Of a stretch of DNA of 64,000 nt, positions 40,134 through 50,550 are shown one piece after another. The notes beneath the pieces are model-generated. The model was not told where the DNA came from, ran no database searches, and saw only the letters and a program-made list of their open reading frames with translations. This stretch comes from a virus (Duplodnaviria > Caudoviricetes), in IMG/VR virus record IMGVR_UViG_3300037067_011041, positions 53,328 to 117,327 of that record; one strand, given 5' to 3'. The position numbers and the translations under genes were made by a program. Position 1 is the first letter of the stretch, and the number at the start of each line of letters is the position of its first letter.

Positions 40134-40524
40134 GTGATGATATCTCGGCAGCAGTCGGTCAATTTGTGGATCTCAGAATGGGGTGTGCCAAGTTCACCAG
40201 TGATCTCGTATCTGTCGTCGCCGCCTAAAACGACGGCCGTAAGTTTCCACGTTCCAGAAAACGGATCGGCCTCAATTTCGATTGGGACCACTACGACTGG
40301 ATGATGCCCAACGGTCATCTTATCGATCGTTACCGGGGCCATGTACAATAAGCCTGCCTCAAGATCGAAAGGGCATCCATGGATATCCACGAACGGGCTA
40401 GCAGGCGTCTTAGGAGCCGTCAGATCGCGAACGAATTCGATCGCCTTTCCGATATTGTCCAGACCATCGGAATGTACTTCCAGTTTTTGCCCGCCTGGAA
40501 GCATCGTCATGTAAGTGTAGGTTG

Positions 40525-41079
40525 TCACTGAAGCGGAGTCCTTTCGACTTTGGTATACCGGAACGGCTGAAGAAGCTGCTCGTACAAAGCTTCTTTCGGG
40601 ATCGGGACCATCAATGTCCTGGCGACGTCGTTCACGCTCTTGATCTCGCCATTGTAGATGCAGAACAGATTGTCCCAATCCGGTGCGGCCTCCCCGGAGG
40701 GGGCCTTGCAGAAGGGGTTGTAAACGACGGCGGCCTTCGTCAGGTGGGGTGCCTCGACTTGGAACGGCACCGTCAATTGCGACATGTTGAAGCCATTGTA
40801 TCGCCTGCCAGCGGCACGCAGGCTCGTTCCGTTGGTGGTCGTGCTCCAGCCCTTGTAGTAGCGGGCTTCTTGACCGTTGAACTGGGCCACGTATTTCTGG
40901 GCAAGGGTGTTGTTCCACGCGGCCCAAGCCGCATACTCGTCGGCGTCCATGCTCTGGATCACCTTGGGAAGCACTCGGGCGGCCGGGCCCTCGGAAGTGC
41001 TGGCAATGATCTGTGCCTCGGCCACCAGGGGAAGGCACATCAGCAGGAAAGCAACAAACCTCATTGAACTTGTCTCCAT
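40525..41079 (-). CDS. secreted hypothetical protein
   Basis: signal peptide MRFVAFLLMCLPLVAEA. Confidence 0.65.
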   Translation of the reverse strand: METSSMRFVAFLLMCLPLVAEAQIIASTSEGPAARVLPKVIQSMDADEYAAWAAWNNTLAQKYVAQFNGQEARYYKGWSTTTNGTSLRAAGRRYNGFNMSQLTVPFQVEAPHLTKAAVVYNPFCKAPSGEAAPDWDNLFCIYNGEIKSVNDVARTLMVPIPKEALYEQLLQPFRYTKVERTPLQ

Positions 41080-41424
41080 TTCTTTTCTTGAATGGCGGCC
41101 TGGATTACTTGCAGGTCGCGTTCTCGTGATCGTAAAATATGCTCAGCGCGTCTGATTTCTCTCTTTTGATTCTCAAGGAACTTGTTGACCGCCTCTTCCT
41201 CGGTGTCGCTAAGTAACCACATAAGCATAGGCACGCTCTTGTCAAACTTCACGTACCTCAGGGCCAATCGCGAGAATGTCCGGTAGTTGGCGTTGTCTTC
41301 CTTTTTCAGGGTGTACGTTTTCGGGGAGTCGATGAAGGTCGCCTTGACAGCGGTCAATACGCTGACGCCGTTACTATCATCCGTGAAACCGGCCACCCAC
41401 TTCTTTACTTCTTTTCGTGCCATG

Positions 41425-41997
41425 TCAACTCCCGGTGGCGAATCGTAGTACGGTAACGTCTTCAGGTACTTCCATGTTGAGGAGCCGGGCATAGTTTTTT
41501 GGAGCGACTTTCTCCAGCCCTTCGAGGAAGCAATGGCGCCTGTCGCCGGTTACGGCAACAGACACGTCGAAAGCCCTCATGACCTTGCTCCAAGTCGGGT
41601 TCTCAAGGTTGACGCACACGTAAGTGTGCCCGCTGCCCCATGTACCGTCGTCGGTGTCGAACAAAATGCACTTGCCCTCGAAGGCGATCTCATCCGGGCC
41701 GTGTGGAATGGAGGGGATTGCGTAGTTGAGTGGTCCGTTTTCGTTCTCCCACTCACTCCATGCGTCTCGTATGCGGTCATCTTCTTCGTCTTGCCGGGCA
41801 GCCTCGTCGATCTCCTCTGGTGTAGGCGGGTCGGCCTCGACACTCTCAACGACAGACGATCGCAAGTCTCGGATATAGTTGTCAAACTCATTCCCATCGA
41901 CGCCTTCGGGTTCGGCGGCCAAACAGGCCGCATCATACGCCGATTCCAAATGAAAGAATAGGGCTTCAATGATTGCCAGTTTGACTGCTCGCTTCAT
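41425..41997 (-). CDS. acidic hypothetical protein
   Basis: GGAG RBS, ATG 41997. Confidence 0.6.
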   Translation of the reverse strand: MKRAVKLAIIEALFFHLESAYDAACLAAEPEGVDGNEFDNYIRDLRSSVVESVEADPPTPEEIDEAARQDEEDDRIRDAWSEWENENGPLNYAIPSIPHGPDEIAFEGKCILFDTDDGTWGSGHTYVCVNLENPTWSKVMRAFDVSVAVTGDRRHCFLEGLEKVAPKNYARLLNMEVPEDVTVLRFATGS

Positions 41998-42226
41998 TTC
42001 TCGTCTCCAGGTAGTGGGTCGTGCAAACGTCGCACAGTGTTTTGCCGTCAATGATGTTTTCGTTTCCAGGAACTCCGCCGTTTCGTCCGAGGCACTCCTC
42101 ACATGAGTCGCTGTTGGCTGGCGGGTCGCCCTCGTTTCCGATGAGCATCTTCGCCATCTTGATTGGGTCGCCGCCGGATAAGGTGGCCCCGAGGATCATT
42201 GCGGTATTAGGTGAATGTCTCAGCAT
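41966..42226 (-). CDS. small Zn-binding protein (leaderless)
   Basis: CEEC...GGVPGNEN...CDVC. Confidence 0.6.
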   Translation of the reverse strand: MLRHSPNTAMILGATLSGGDPIKMAKMLIGNEGDPPANSDSCEECLGRNGGVPGNENIIDGKTLCDVCTTHYLETRNEASSQTGNH

Positions 42227-42232
42227 ACTTGA

Positions 42233-42260
42233 AGTATACACCAGAATTTGAGAAAGTCAA
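42233..42260 (-). promoter_or_regulatory. sigma70-type promoter
   Basis: TTGACT-N16-TATACT. Confidence 0.85.
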
Positions 42261-42275
42261 ATGGAATCTGGAAAA

Positions 42276-42417
42276 AGTTAGGCGAGGCGACGGGATCGGT
42301 GTTTCATTGACGAGCTACAAGGTAGGTTAGATGTTGGGTACCCGGCCTATCTAGTCCAACCGCTCTCCCGACTACTCTACACACCGCCGCTTCCGGCCGC
42401 TAAGCCGTTGCCTAACT
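42276..42417 (-). ncRNA. putative structured ncRNA (RNA-C)
   Basis: intergenic; closing helix AGGCAACGG/CCGTCGCCT, GCTT-AGCGGCCGG-AAGC hairpin, CGGTGT/ACACCG, TAGAT/ATCTA; followed by a T tract. Confidence 0.55.
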
Positions 42418-43262
42418 GGTGAAGACTTCTCCTGTAACTTCAACGTCGGCTGGCCAAAGCACGGCTGTGTATGGGCCTCGCGTGTCATGTTCACCGCATT
42501 GCAAGTCCAGCTTGATGGCGTCTAACGCAGACTCACGGGACGCATAGGCTCTTGAAGCCACCAAGGGGTGTCCATAGCGATCGAAAATGTCGTAAGAAAA
42601 ACCACCACAGGTAGAAACTCGAACGCGCCTAGTTGATACAATCGGCCTTTGTTCTGGTGTAAATGGTTCTCCTTTCCAGTCACACCAGCAGCAAACTTGA
42701 CATAGTTTGCCTCCCATCTGCCAGTGTTCTGTCAGACCGCTGTTACATCTCGGGCATTCGTCGTACTTTTGTGTCATCATTGTCTCCTGAATACACGTTC
42801 CCAGCCGTCGGCGCTCATGCCGTCGTCGCACACCTCTCGTATCGTTTTGCCAAGTCGGTCCTGCCACTCTGGGAGCACCGACACCCACCGATCGCCGTCC
42901 AGGCTGAGAAGGCATGATACACAAGCCGTTTCGTCGAACTCCTGTAAAGTATCGTTGTCTTCCAGCTTCCTATGTCCACCGAATACCGGGTGGTTGCTTG
43001 AGATCTGATGTCGAAGCTTATTCATCCGGCCACTCCTCCCAAACTCTCTCAGACAGGGTAACGGCAAACTTGGCAAGAGCCTTCTTATCGTAAACCCGGT
43101 CTCTGATTTTCCACAGCACGCTGTGTGCATGCGACTTTGTAGCCGGAGGCCACTCGATGCATGCGTCGGGCGACCGCGAAAACAACGTGAACGCCCATCC
43201 AGCCTCTTCATCAAAGCCGCTGGCTTCAAGCAGCACGGACAGTAGCAAAATGTCCTTGAGCA

Positions 43263-43745
43263 TCAAATCACCTCGGTCCAGGTTAAGGCCAACTCAACAT
43301 GCCCGTCATCGAAGTTGGTCAGTCCAGGTTCGCACCCACCATCAAGCACAAACGCGAGACACCGGGCGTCTAATTCAGACTGGGCGACAACGGTGTAGTC
43401 GGTGTACTCAGTATCAAGATCTTCCAACCCCTGCCCTCCGCAAGTTACACCGGCCACATCGGATTCACGGAACACCCGAATCTTGTAGGTGATAGTGCCA
43501 GCCCGATGCATTCGATCCTCTGCTTGCCTCTGCGACCCAGATACAAAGTGCGAGGCTATTGCCAGTTCGAGGCCAGCGTAGTCGACGTTCGATTGCCGTC
43601 CGTACTGATAGCCAAAGGCCACTGACTTTGCCTTTCGACGGGTATTTTCGTTGCACACGCCCCACAAGGCGTTAGAAAGGTGAAAGTAAAAGTCTCCACC
43701 CATCTTCAAACACTCTTCAATCAGTTCGGCGGTTGTCTTTGGCAT
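43263..43745 (-). CDS. mosaic protein carrying PolA motifs B and A and SF2 helicase motifs VI and V (candidate decoy)
   Basis: RRKAKSVAFGYQYG, DYAGLELAIASH, QAEDRMHRAG and TCGGQGL within 160 aa. Confidence 0.7.
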   Translation of the reverse strand: MPKTTAELIEECLKMGGDFYFHLSNALWGVCNENTRRKAKSVAFGYQYGRQSNVDYAGLELAIASHFVSGSQRQAEDRMHRAGTITYKIRVFRESDVAGVTCGGQGLEDLDTEYTDYTVVAQSELDARCLAFVLDGGCEPGLTNFDDGHVELALTWTEVI

Positions 43746-43779
43746 GGTTATCGTTTCTGGTTAAGGATGAGTGTTTCGT

Positions 43780-45192
43780 TCATTTCAGATAGTTCACGAT
43801 CATTCGGAAGGCGAAGTTCTGGACATCACGACTGCCGTCAGCGGCTCCCGTCACAAAGTGGACACACTCCTCCAAAACGGTCTCCAGAAGGATCGGGCCC
43901 GCCAAGTCGTTCCGGATATGGATCTCCTTGCTGCCAGGGGTGTAGAAGCCGAGGCAATCGCTCTCAGCGTCGGTGGCTTCGTTGAAGCCCCGCACCAGCG
44001 GCATCTGGCACTTCTCTGTGTCAATCAGCCCGGCCCCTTCAATCCACTCCCACACAATCTTCAGGGCGTCGATGGCCTCGAACGTCGGTGCGGTGATGAC
44101 TCGACCTTTGCGCTCGTTGTCGCTGAGGACGTTGTCGACGGTCGGGATTCCAAACGACTTCACCACTTCTACCATCTCAGGCTTTTCAATCACTCCGAGA
44201 TTGTAGCCCTTCCGGCGGGCAAACTCGCCAACAACGCCGTTGTTGGATGCGCAGGCCACCTTAACACCGTTGACACGCTCCCACGCCTCTTTCCAGGTCG
44301 CCTTCTGCTTCTCCAGATCGCTTCCCCATGCCACTGGCTTCAGGTAGTAGGAATCCAGGCTGGTTTCCAAGACCTTGTCGCCACGATCGAGAGCGTTCAA
44401 GAGCGACACGACGTCGTCCACACTGCCATCTCGGTAGAGTTTGGCCACGGCCGCTCGGGCGCTGTATTCGTCCAGGTTGCGGGACTCATCGATGGTGATC
44501 TGCCCGGTGGCGAAGTTGTAGTCGTGAATCGAGTCGTCGTGCGACGCCAGTTCCCGGACAAACACCCCGTTCAGGTAGATCTGGGCCTTCCTTCTATCCC
44601 CCAGTTTGGGGAGGATTCGCTTGTTCAGGTCAACACTGGTGAAGTGAAGGAACCTGTGCGGCAGATCGTCGACGTACTCGACAAGGGCTTCATTGGCCTC
44701 AATGAAGATGCGGGTGTAGCCGTCCTGCGCCCGCTTTTGGCTCTCGTCCACAATGCGGACGATCAGGTCGCCGTCAGTGTGTGCGTCACGAACATTGTCC
44801 CCGCCTTTGGTGGTCCTGTCAATGGCGTTCGCGACAAATTCGCGAGCGGCCATGTGCTCGGCGTTCCAGTCGAGAGCCCCAAAACCGAGGGTCCAGCCAA
44901 GATCTTGCTTGCGGGTGGAGGTGCCTCCGAATTGGACGTACACCTGACGTTCCTGCCGCTCTTCGATGCCATCGTTGATGGTGATCGTCTTGGTTTTGAA
45001 TTCCATGCGGGTGAGCCCGCAGTAGATCGTGACGCCAAGCCCCTCCCGGAGGAGAGCAGTGATTGCCAACTTGGCTCCGCTGCCGAACTGACCAATGAGG
45101 CTCGCGTTGTCGCGGCTCATGCTGGCACCGAGAAGCGTGAAAGACTCGGTCGGGGCGATGCCTTTGTTCTGGATGCAGAGGTAACTGGCCAT
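43780..45192 (-). CDS. GHKL (Hsp90/MORC/rIIA-like) ATPase with a C-terminal degenerate metallopeptidase motif
   Basis: IQNKG, IGQFGSGAK, REFVANAID, GYTRI; LEECVH. Confidence 0.75.
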   Translation of the reverse strand: MASYLCIQNKGIAPTESFTLLGASMSRDNASLIGQFGSGAKLAITALLREGLGVTIYCGLTRMEFKTKTITINDGIEERQERQVYVQFGGTSTRKQDLGWTLGFGALDWNAEHMAAREFVANAIDRTTKGGDNVRDAHTDGDLIVRIVDESQKRAQDGYTRIFIEANEALVEYVDDLPHRFLHFTSVDLNKRILPKLGDRRKAQIYLNGVFVRELASHDDSIHDYNFATGQITIDESRNLDEYSARAAVAKLYRDGSVDDVVSLLNALDRGDKVLETSLDSYYLKPVAWGSDLEKQKATWKEAWERVNGVKVACASNNGVVGEFARRKGYNLGVIEKPEMVEVVKSFGIPTVDNVLSDNERKGRVITAPTFEAIDALKIVWEWIEGAGLIDTEKCQMPLVRGFNEATDAESDCLGFYTPGSKEIHIRNDLAGPILLETVLEECVHFVTGAADGSRDVQNFAFRMIVNYLK

Positions 45193-45235
45193 GTGCGTGT
45201 CTCCGGTAAGAGGTGTTGTTGCCTTCGATACTTGA

Positions 45236-45263
45236 AGTATACACCAAGAAACAGGAAAGTCAA
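45236..45263 (-). promoter_or_regulatory. sigma70-type promoter
   Basis: TTGACT-N16-TATACT. Confidence 0.85.
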
Positions 45264-45282
45264 ATGACTTTCTGAAAATACT

Positions 45283-46023
45283 TCAAAGACGTTGAAAGAC
45301 CAAGGTCTCCAACGGCATGGAATTTTCCTTACGCCGGAAGACGAACCTGTCTACCATTTCATAGTTTTCCAGTTGGTCGGAGATGCACTGAACATGTTTA
45401 TCTGTAGACCAGCAATAGGCGTCGCGAAGAAGGTCTTGAAACTCTCCTGTGTTGCGGAAGTTATCCAGCTTCAACACTGTGAGGGCGATCACCTCGGCCA
45501 TCTGCTCGCTATCAAGCTTGCGCAGAAAGTTGACAAGCTTCTTTGAAGCATACCCGCCGCCAGTGTTGGCATTGAATAGCTTGCATTTCTCTTCTGGTGC
45601 CTCGTATACTCCGATGGCCTTAACATTTGGATGCAAGGCATAAAGTTGCAAGGAGTCGATGTCTGCGGTGATAACCAACTCATCTGGTTTCACTAGCGTC
45701 AAAATGGCTTGCAGGTGGGCGACGCTCTCTTTCTCTTCTTTTGTATCTTCCCCGAACACATGAATGACTCGCGATCCTCGTAGTTCCTTGTGCCAGTTAT
45801 CCAAGTACCACGCCGCTGAATACAGTGAGCCGGGGCCGGAGCTATCTAGCGTGCCGTGCACTACACTTCGATGCTGGCCGGTGACCCGACAAACATGTGT
45901 ATGGAGATCTGTGTTGAGAATTCTCTTGCAGCCAGTTTCGATGGCTTGCTTGAAGTAGCTTTCGGCTACTTCTAAGGTGCTTTGACCTCGATAAGGTGCG
46001 CAACCGTGACAAGACTGGATCAT
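45283..46023 (-). CDS. hypothetical protein sharing an N-terminal helical motif with 46706-47449
   Basis: DL...VC..TG....V.GT. Confidence 0.6.
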   Translation of the reverse strand: MIQSCHGCAPYRGQSTLEVAESYFKQAIETGCKRILNTDLHTHVCRVTGQHRSVVHGTLDSSGPGSLYSAAWYLDNWHKELRGSRVIHVFGEDTKEEKESVAHLQAILTLVKPDELVITADIDSLQLYALHPNVKAIGVYEAPEEKCKLFNANTGGGYASKKLVNFLRKLDSEQMAEVIALTVLKLDNFRNTGEFQDLLRDAYCWSTDKHVQCISDQLENYEMVDRFVFRRKENSMPLETLVFQRL

Positions 46024-46709
46024 TGAAATTTCTCCTCATGGGTTTTGTGGACGAATAGTTTTTCTACGCGGTCGATCTTACCAGACGAGCCGTTCATGTC
46101 AGTCTTGACTTGTTTCTGCCACACCGGCACAAAAACGTCTGGCGCGGCATACTCGGACACCAGCACAATGGATTTATTGGATCGGAAGTCTACCCAATCC
46201 CAAAAGTCTTTCGAGTCAAACCTGCCCACTGTGAAACCTGTCGTGCCGTCATAAGGCGGGTCGCAATACACGACGTCGGCCGGAACATCTTGTTCAGAAT
46301 ACCCGCAATTAAAGAACGTCACTCCCTGTATAAGAGGCCGCAACTTATCAAGACTGCTGGCCGCATTCTTAGCGAAGTTTCGATTTCCCTTCTCTCTTGC
46401 GTACCCGCCAAAAAACTTGCCCGAGTTGCTACAGCCAAAACCAGCAAAGGCTCGCAAAGGAGACGGCTTGGCGGTCTTCAGTTGATTGTATTCTTCCTCG
46501 GTTATGCTGTCAGGCGGTCGCCAGCCATCTCGCACGGCAAGCAACAGAAGAATCAAGTCTAGATGCGAATCGGATGCTACTCTTGGGAGCGTTACATGGG
46601 CACCAACACTAAACATGCCGCAAAAAGGCTCCCAGTACGTTCCGGTCAGCGTGTTAATGATACCCGCAAGAGTTTTGCCGATTCGTGCTTTTCCGCCGAA
46701 GTATCTCAA
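46020..46709 (-). CDS. DNA adenine methyltransferase (Dam/D12-like)
   Basis: YFGGK, EPFCG, YCDPPY, VSEY, EKLF; TTG start overlapping the upstream TGA. Confidence 0.9.
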   Translation of the reverse strand: MRYFGGKARIGKTLAGIINTLTGTYWEPFCGMFSVGAHVTLPRVASDSHLDLILLLLAVRDGWRPPDSITEEEYNQLKTAKPSPLRAFAGFGCSNSGKFFGGYAREKGNRNFAKNAASSLDKLRPLIQGVTFFNCGYSEQDVPADVVYCDPPYDGTTGFTVGRFDSKDFWDWVDFRSNKSIVLVSEYAAPDVFVPVWQKQVKTDMNGSSGKIDRVEKLFVHKTHEEKFQ

Positions 46710-47449
46710 TTGGCTCTCCAAACTGTTGTTCGCATTTGTCGCGCACCTTTCTCGCGACGGTAGAAACGGTTGAGTAGCAAGCTGTAACCACGCATAGCGT
46801 CTTTTAGCGCCGCCAGATTCTTGTCCTTATACCTCCGGTACTTTTTCATGGCTTTGTTGACCCACTCGCCACTGTTACGGAAGCCGCCAACCTGCCCCTG
46901 TATTGTAATGACGATATACTCATGCCCGACTGATGTTGCTCGCCGGAAGTCTTCAAAGCGGGTTCCACACATGTACCCAACTAGGTCCAAGTTAAGAACC
47001 GTTGCAGGCTCGTTGTGCAGCATGATGTCCCCGTGTCGAGTGTGTACCCACGGAATGTTTCGTTTCAGTTGCCTGAGAACACGCGGATCATAATCATAGC
47101 TGATAACATCATCTGGAAGAAACACCCTAATGTCGGTGCCGTTAATTCCTCCCAGCGTTACCATAGAGGGGATCTCTTTTGGAAGATGCTCGCGAACGGC
47201 TCGCCAGTTGGCAAGCTTCTCTGGGGCCGTGTAGTCAACAACGATTGCTTCCCGACCTCCAGATCGAACGCACCCGTCTTGATAGTGCCACTCACCAGAA
47301 TCAAACAGTTTACAATCTCGTTTGATAATGGTGCCGCGAACTGACTCATAGCTGTTGCCGGTCAAATTGCACACAGCGTTAATCAAATCAGAGTGGGACA
47401 TCTCGGTTTTGCCTTCGAGAACTTCTAAGGCAACGGATACGATACTCAT
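46706..47449 (-). CDS. divergent methyltransferase-like protein with an N-terminal helical domain
   Basis: VTLGGING, SYDYD, GDI, NLDLVG, YIVIT in Rossmann-like order. Confidence 0.5.
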   Translation of the reverse strand: MSIVSVALEVLEGKTEMSHSDLINAVCNLTGNSYESVRGTIIKRDCKLFDSGEWHYQDGCVRSGGREAIVVDYTAPEKLANWRAVREHLPKEIPSMVTLGGINGTDIRVFLPDDVISYDYDPRVLRQLKRNIPWVHTRHGDIMLHNEPATVLNLDLVGYMCGTRFEDFRRATSVGHEYIVITIQGQVGGFRNSGEWVNKAMKKYRRYKDKNLAALKDAMRGYSLLLNRFYRREKGARQMRTTVWRAN

Positions 47450-47476
47450 GCTTACCTCACTGTTATTGGTATATCA

Positions 47477-47504
47477 AGTATACCACATTTTAACTGAAAG
47501 TCAA
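47477..47504 (-). promoter_or_regulatory. sigma70-type promoter
   Basis: TTGACT-N16-TATACT. Confidence 0.85.
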
Positions 47505-49238
47505 CTACAATTCCACGACGCCGTTGTCAGGAGCATTCTTCAGAAACCACGCGTGCTTGTTTGGTCGGCCCCGGTTCTCGTACTTTCCTGATTGCAAGCA
47601 GACCAACAACAGTTCGTCCCGCCGCATCATAAAGGACACATCCCTCGGGCTGCTAGCTGGAAAGTGGACGGCTACAATGATTGCGAGACGGGTGCGAGTG
47701 GCACCGGGCCTCTTTCGCAACTCCTTCTCAACAATCTCGTCTACCCATTCGGCCTTCATAGTTCCACGACGCCGTTGTCAGGGTGAATGGCAATGAGGTT
47801 GTAATCAGAGTCGACGGCGAGCACATGCTCATTTGACGGCGTATCCACGCCGCGACCACGTGACCACTCGAACATGCTGGGAAGCCAGAATTTCGGCTTG
47901 ACACGGGTGTACACAGTGTCACGATGACACAGTGTAAATCGGCCGCCCACTGGAATGTCCTTGGCTCTCATGTCTGTTGCTCTGGGTGCGCCCTGTCAGT
48001 GATGTAGTTTATCATATACCCTGCCATGCATTTGGCCTCCTCATATTCGGCCTTCAACAGTGGCAGTTCCTTTTCATATGATGCAATGTAATGGCCATCA
48101 AATGGAAGGATAGGGCCGTAACCAAGACCGAAATCCTCGTTGTTAGATTGCCATGACTCCTTAGTTCTTTCGTTGGCCCTCTTGCATGCGTAGATCTTGT
48201 TTTCACAAGCCGCATACTTTTGTCGTGCTTGCTCCTCCTGGTACAGCCAGAATTTGAGCATGGCTTTAGCAACGTCTCTCGGTTGCGTCGACTCCAGTTT
48301 AAGTGTCACAGATGTGCAAAGCATAGCTTACTCTCCCACTGGATAGACCATGGCTTCATCTGCGAAGAACTGGGCGCACCCGGCCATCGTGCCTTCAATC
48401 TCGACACAGTTCGGGCCCTCATCACATCGCATACAATGAATCTTCATGCGAAGAATTTGCGGAGCGTCAACGATAGTTCGGAACTTGTCGCCTGCTTGTA
48501 GCTCGGAGAACGGGACGGCTATCTGTTCTGCCAGCGGCTTGGCGATGAGCGGATACATCTCCTTGAAGTTTCGGAGATTGGAGACGCCGGTTCTCACCCA
48601 CTGGTAAACTAGACTCGCGGCAAGTTCGGTGCCGAGTCCTCTCAGCGTCTCAAGGCGTTCTTCGTGGTTCATAGCACTTCTTCCTCATCAGGTGGTAGCG
48701 TGAAGGTCGTATTGAATCCCTCGGTCTCGACGTGCACGGGAATCTCCATTACCCACAAGCCGTCAAACATCATGTTTCCAACGTCGTTCTTTTCCAGCTT
48801 GGACGGGTCGACAAGGAAGTATTTGTCTTGGAACACAGTGAGCATAAACTGCTCGACGATAGACTGGATGCCAGTGTCGAGAAGAAAGCCTCTCCAGCAG
48901 CGTAGGCTGCCGCGACCTTCTGGCTTTTGCAACACTGCGAGGATGTGTGTTTTCATTAGGATGCCAATTCGATGTTGGAGGGACCGCACGTCGGGCGAGC
49001 GTCAGCCTTCAGCTTTGCCTCGACTTCGGCTGCGTAGTCGACAAGGTCTTGAATACCCCGAATAATGTGGCGGCCGAGAGGAGCGATCTGACTCCAGTTT
49101 CTGGAAAAATCGTCGCTGATGACCGGCGTGTTGCAGAGTTTCTGAAGCGTCTCTGCCTTTTCGACCAAGCCGGTGAGGAAAGTTTGACGAAGCGAGTTTG
49201 CCATTTGTATGCTCCTGGTGTTGTTGCCTAACACTACA

Positions 49239-49266
49239 AGCATACCACAGATTCAGAGAAAGTCAA
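49239..49266 (-). promoter_or_regulatory. sigma70-type promoter
   Basis: TTGACT-N16-TATGCT. Confidence 0.8.
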
Positions 49267-49959
49267 ATCATTTCGTCAAGAAAGATCGCGGACGAGTCAA
49301 TATCAACGCCAGTGCGTTCGATACGATCGTCGCGAACCGCTTCCCCAGCATGTTGGAGCACCCAGTCGATGTCGTGACTTGTGAAGATCTCGACGCGCCC
49401 GTAGTCGGGGTACTTGCGGAACAGACTGTACGTCTGCTGCTCATCGTACTCATAGATGCCGAGAGCGGTGTCATCCCGTAGGAAGTAGGTATCGTCCTCG
49501 GTCTTCCATGCGAAACCGGTGTTGTCGTTGTCGTCAAACATCGGTCTCGAAATTCCCTCCAAGCGGCTGATCGACTTGGTCGCCATCAACAAATTCCCAC
49601 CCAGGGATGTTATTCCAGTCATCCAAATCATGGTCGGCATCTTGAAGAAAGCAGTGAACTGCCGGAAGGGCCGTCCTACCTCTTCCCCTGTCAATACGCC
49701 CACACTTAATCGTGTCGACAGGACGGTCTAGTTCGACGGCAAGAGTAAAAGCCATCAACTCAAATTCAGTGAACAGAAAACTATCACCGATGATGTATGC
49801 GTTATAGAAGCGGGTGTTGCCCCACCGGTGAACACGAATGATTTTCATTTGTCTAGTGTCCGTAAAAAGAGCCAAGAGAGATACCCGTACACAACAGCCG
49901 CAACGATGTACACGATTATGTATCCAGGCGTGATAGGAACAAGTATGCAGGGATACGTG

Positions 49960-50550
49960 TCAAACATTGTTCAATCCTGGCGGGTAGAAACTTTTCAAGT
50001 CGTGTCCCGGCCTGTCGTAGAACATCAGGTAGAGTTCTTCCTCACTGTGGATGTGAAAGGCGGAAGCGTCAACGCTTACGTCAGTCGATCTTCGACCCGG
50101 CATCCACGTGTCAAGAGTGCCTTCTCGCCTGCCATGACAATGGCCGTATAGGTGGGCCCAGCCGTTGTGGCTTCCTTCCCAAAATGCCATTGGATTGTGA
50201 CACAAGACGGCATGCATCGACTTGCCGCCATAGCGTAGCTTTGTGTGCCGGATGTAAGGAATCTCTCCGAACACGTTCCTCGACGCTTGCACCGGATCAT
50301 GGTTGCCGCGAATCAGATACACATGGCGACACTTAATCTTCGCGCGGTACCTCCCAGGTTTGTCCGTGCAGAAATCGCCAAGCACAAACAACTCGTCACG
50401 GGCGTTGACGTAATAGTTGATAGTCGCCAGCAAGTATTCGTCGTGCTCTTCGATCGATTCAAACGGACGTGCAAAGCCCGGATGAAGCCGAGGGAAGTTG
50501 CTAACAAGCTTCCAGTGCCCAAAATGAGTATCCGCTATGAAGTATCTCAT
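49960..50550 (-). CDS. calcineurin-like metallophosphoesterase
   Basis: DTHFGH, LGD, GNHD, CH, GHCHG. Confidence 0.9.
   Translation of the reverse strand: MRYFIADTHFGHWKLVSNFPRLHPGFARPFESIEEHDEYLLATINYYVNARDELFVLGDFCTDKPGRYRAKIKCRHVYLIRGNHDPVQASRNVFGEIPYIRHTKLRYGGKSMHAVLCHNPMAFWEGSHNGWAHLYGHCHGRREGTLDTWMPGRRSTDVSVDASAFHIHSEEELYLMFYDRPGHDLKSFYPPGLNNV

Noticed and set aside
40130-41038. 302-aa ORF as a single gene
   Set aside because: The N-terminal part is an off-frame overlap with 40525-41079; the real gene probably starts near 40528
43771-45267. 498-aa plus-strand ORF (also 19763-20983, 4672-5643 and 13040-13804 on minus)
   Set aside because: Antisense shadows of well-supported genes, with no motifs
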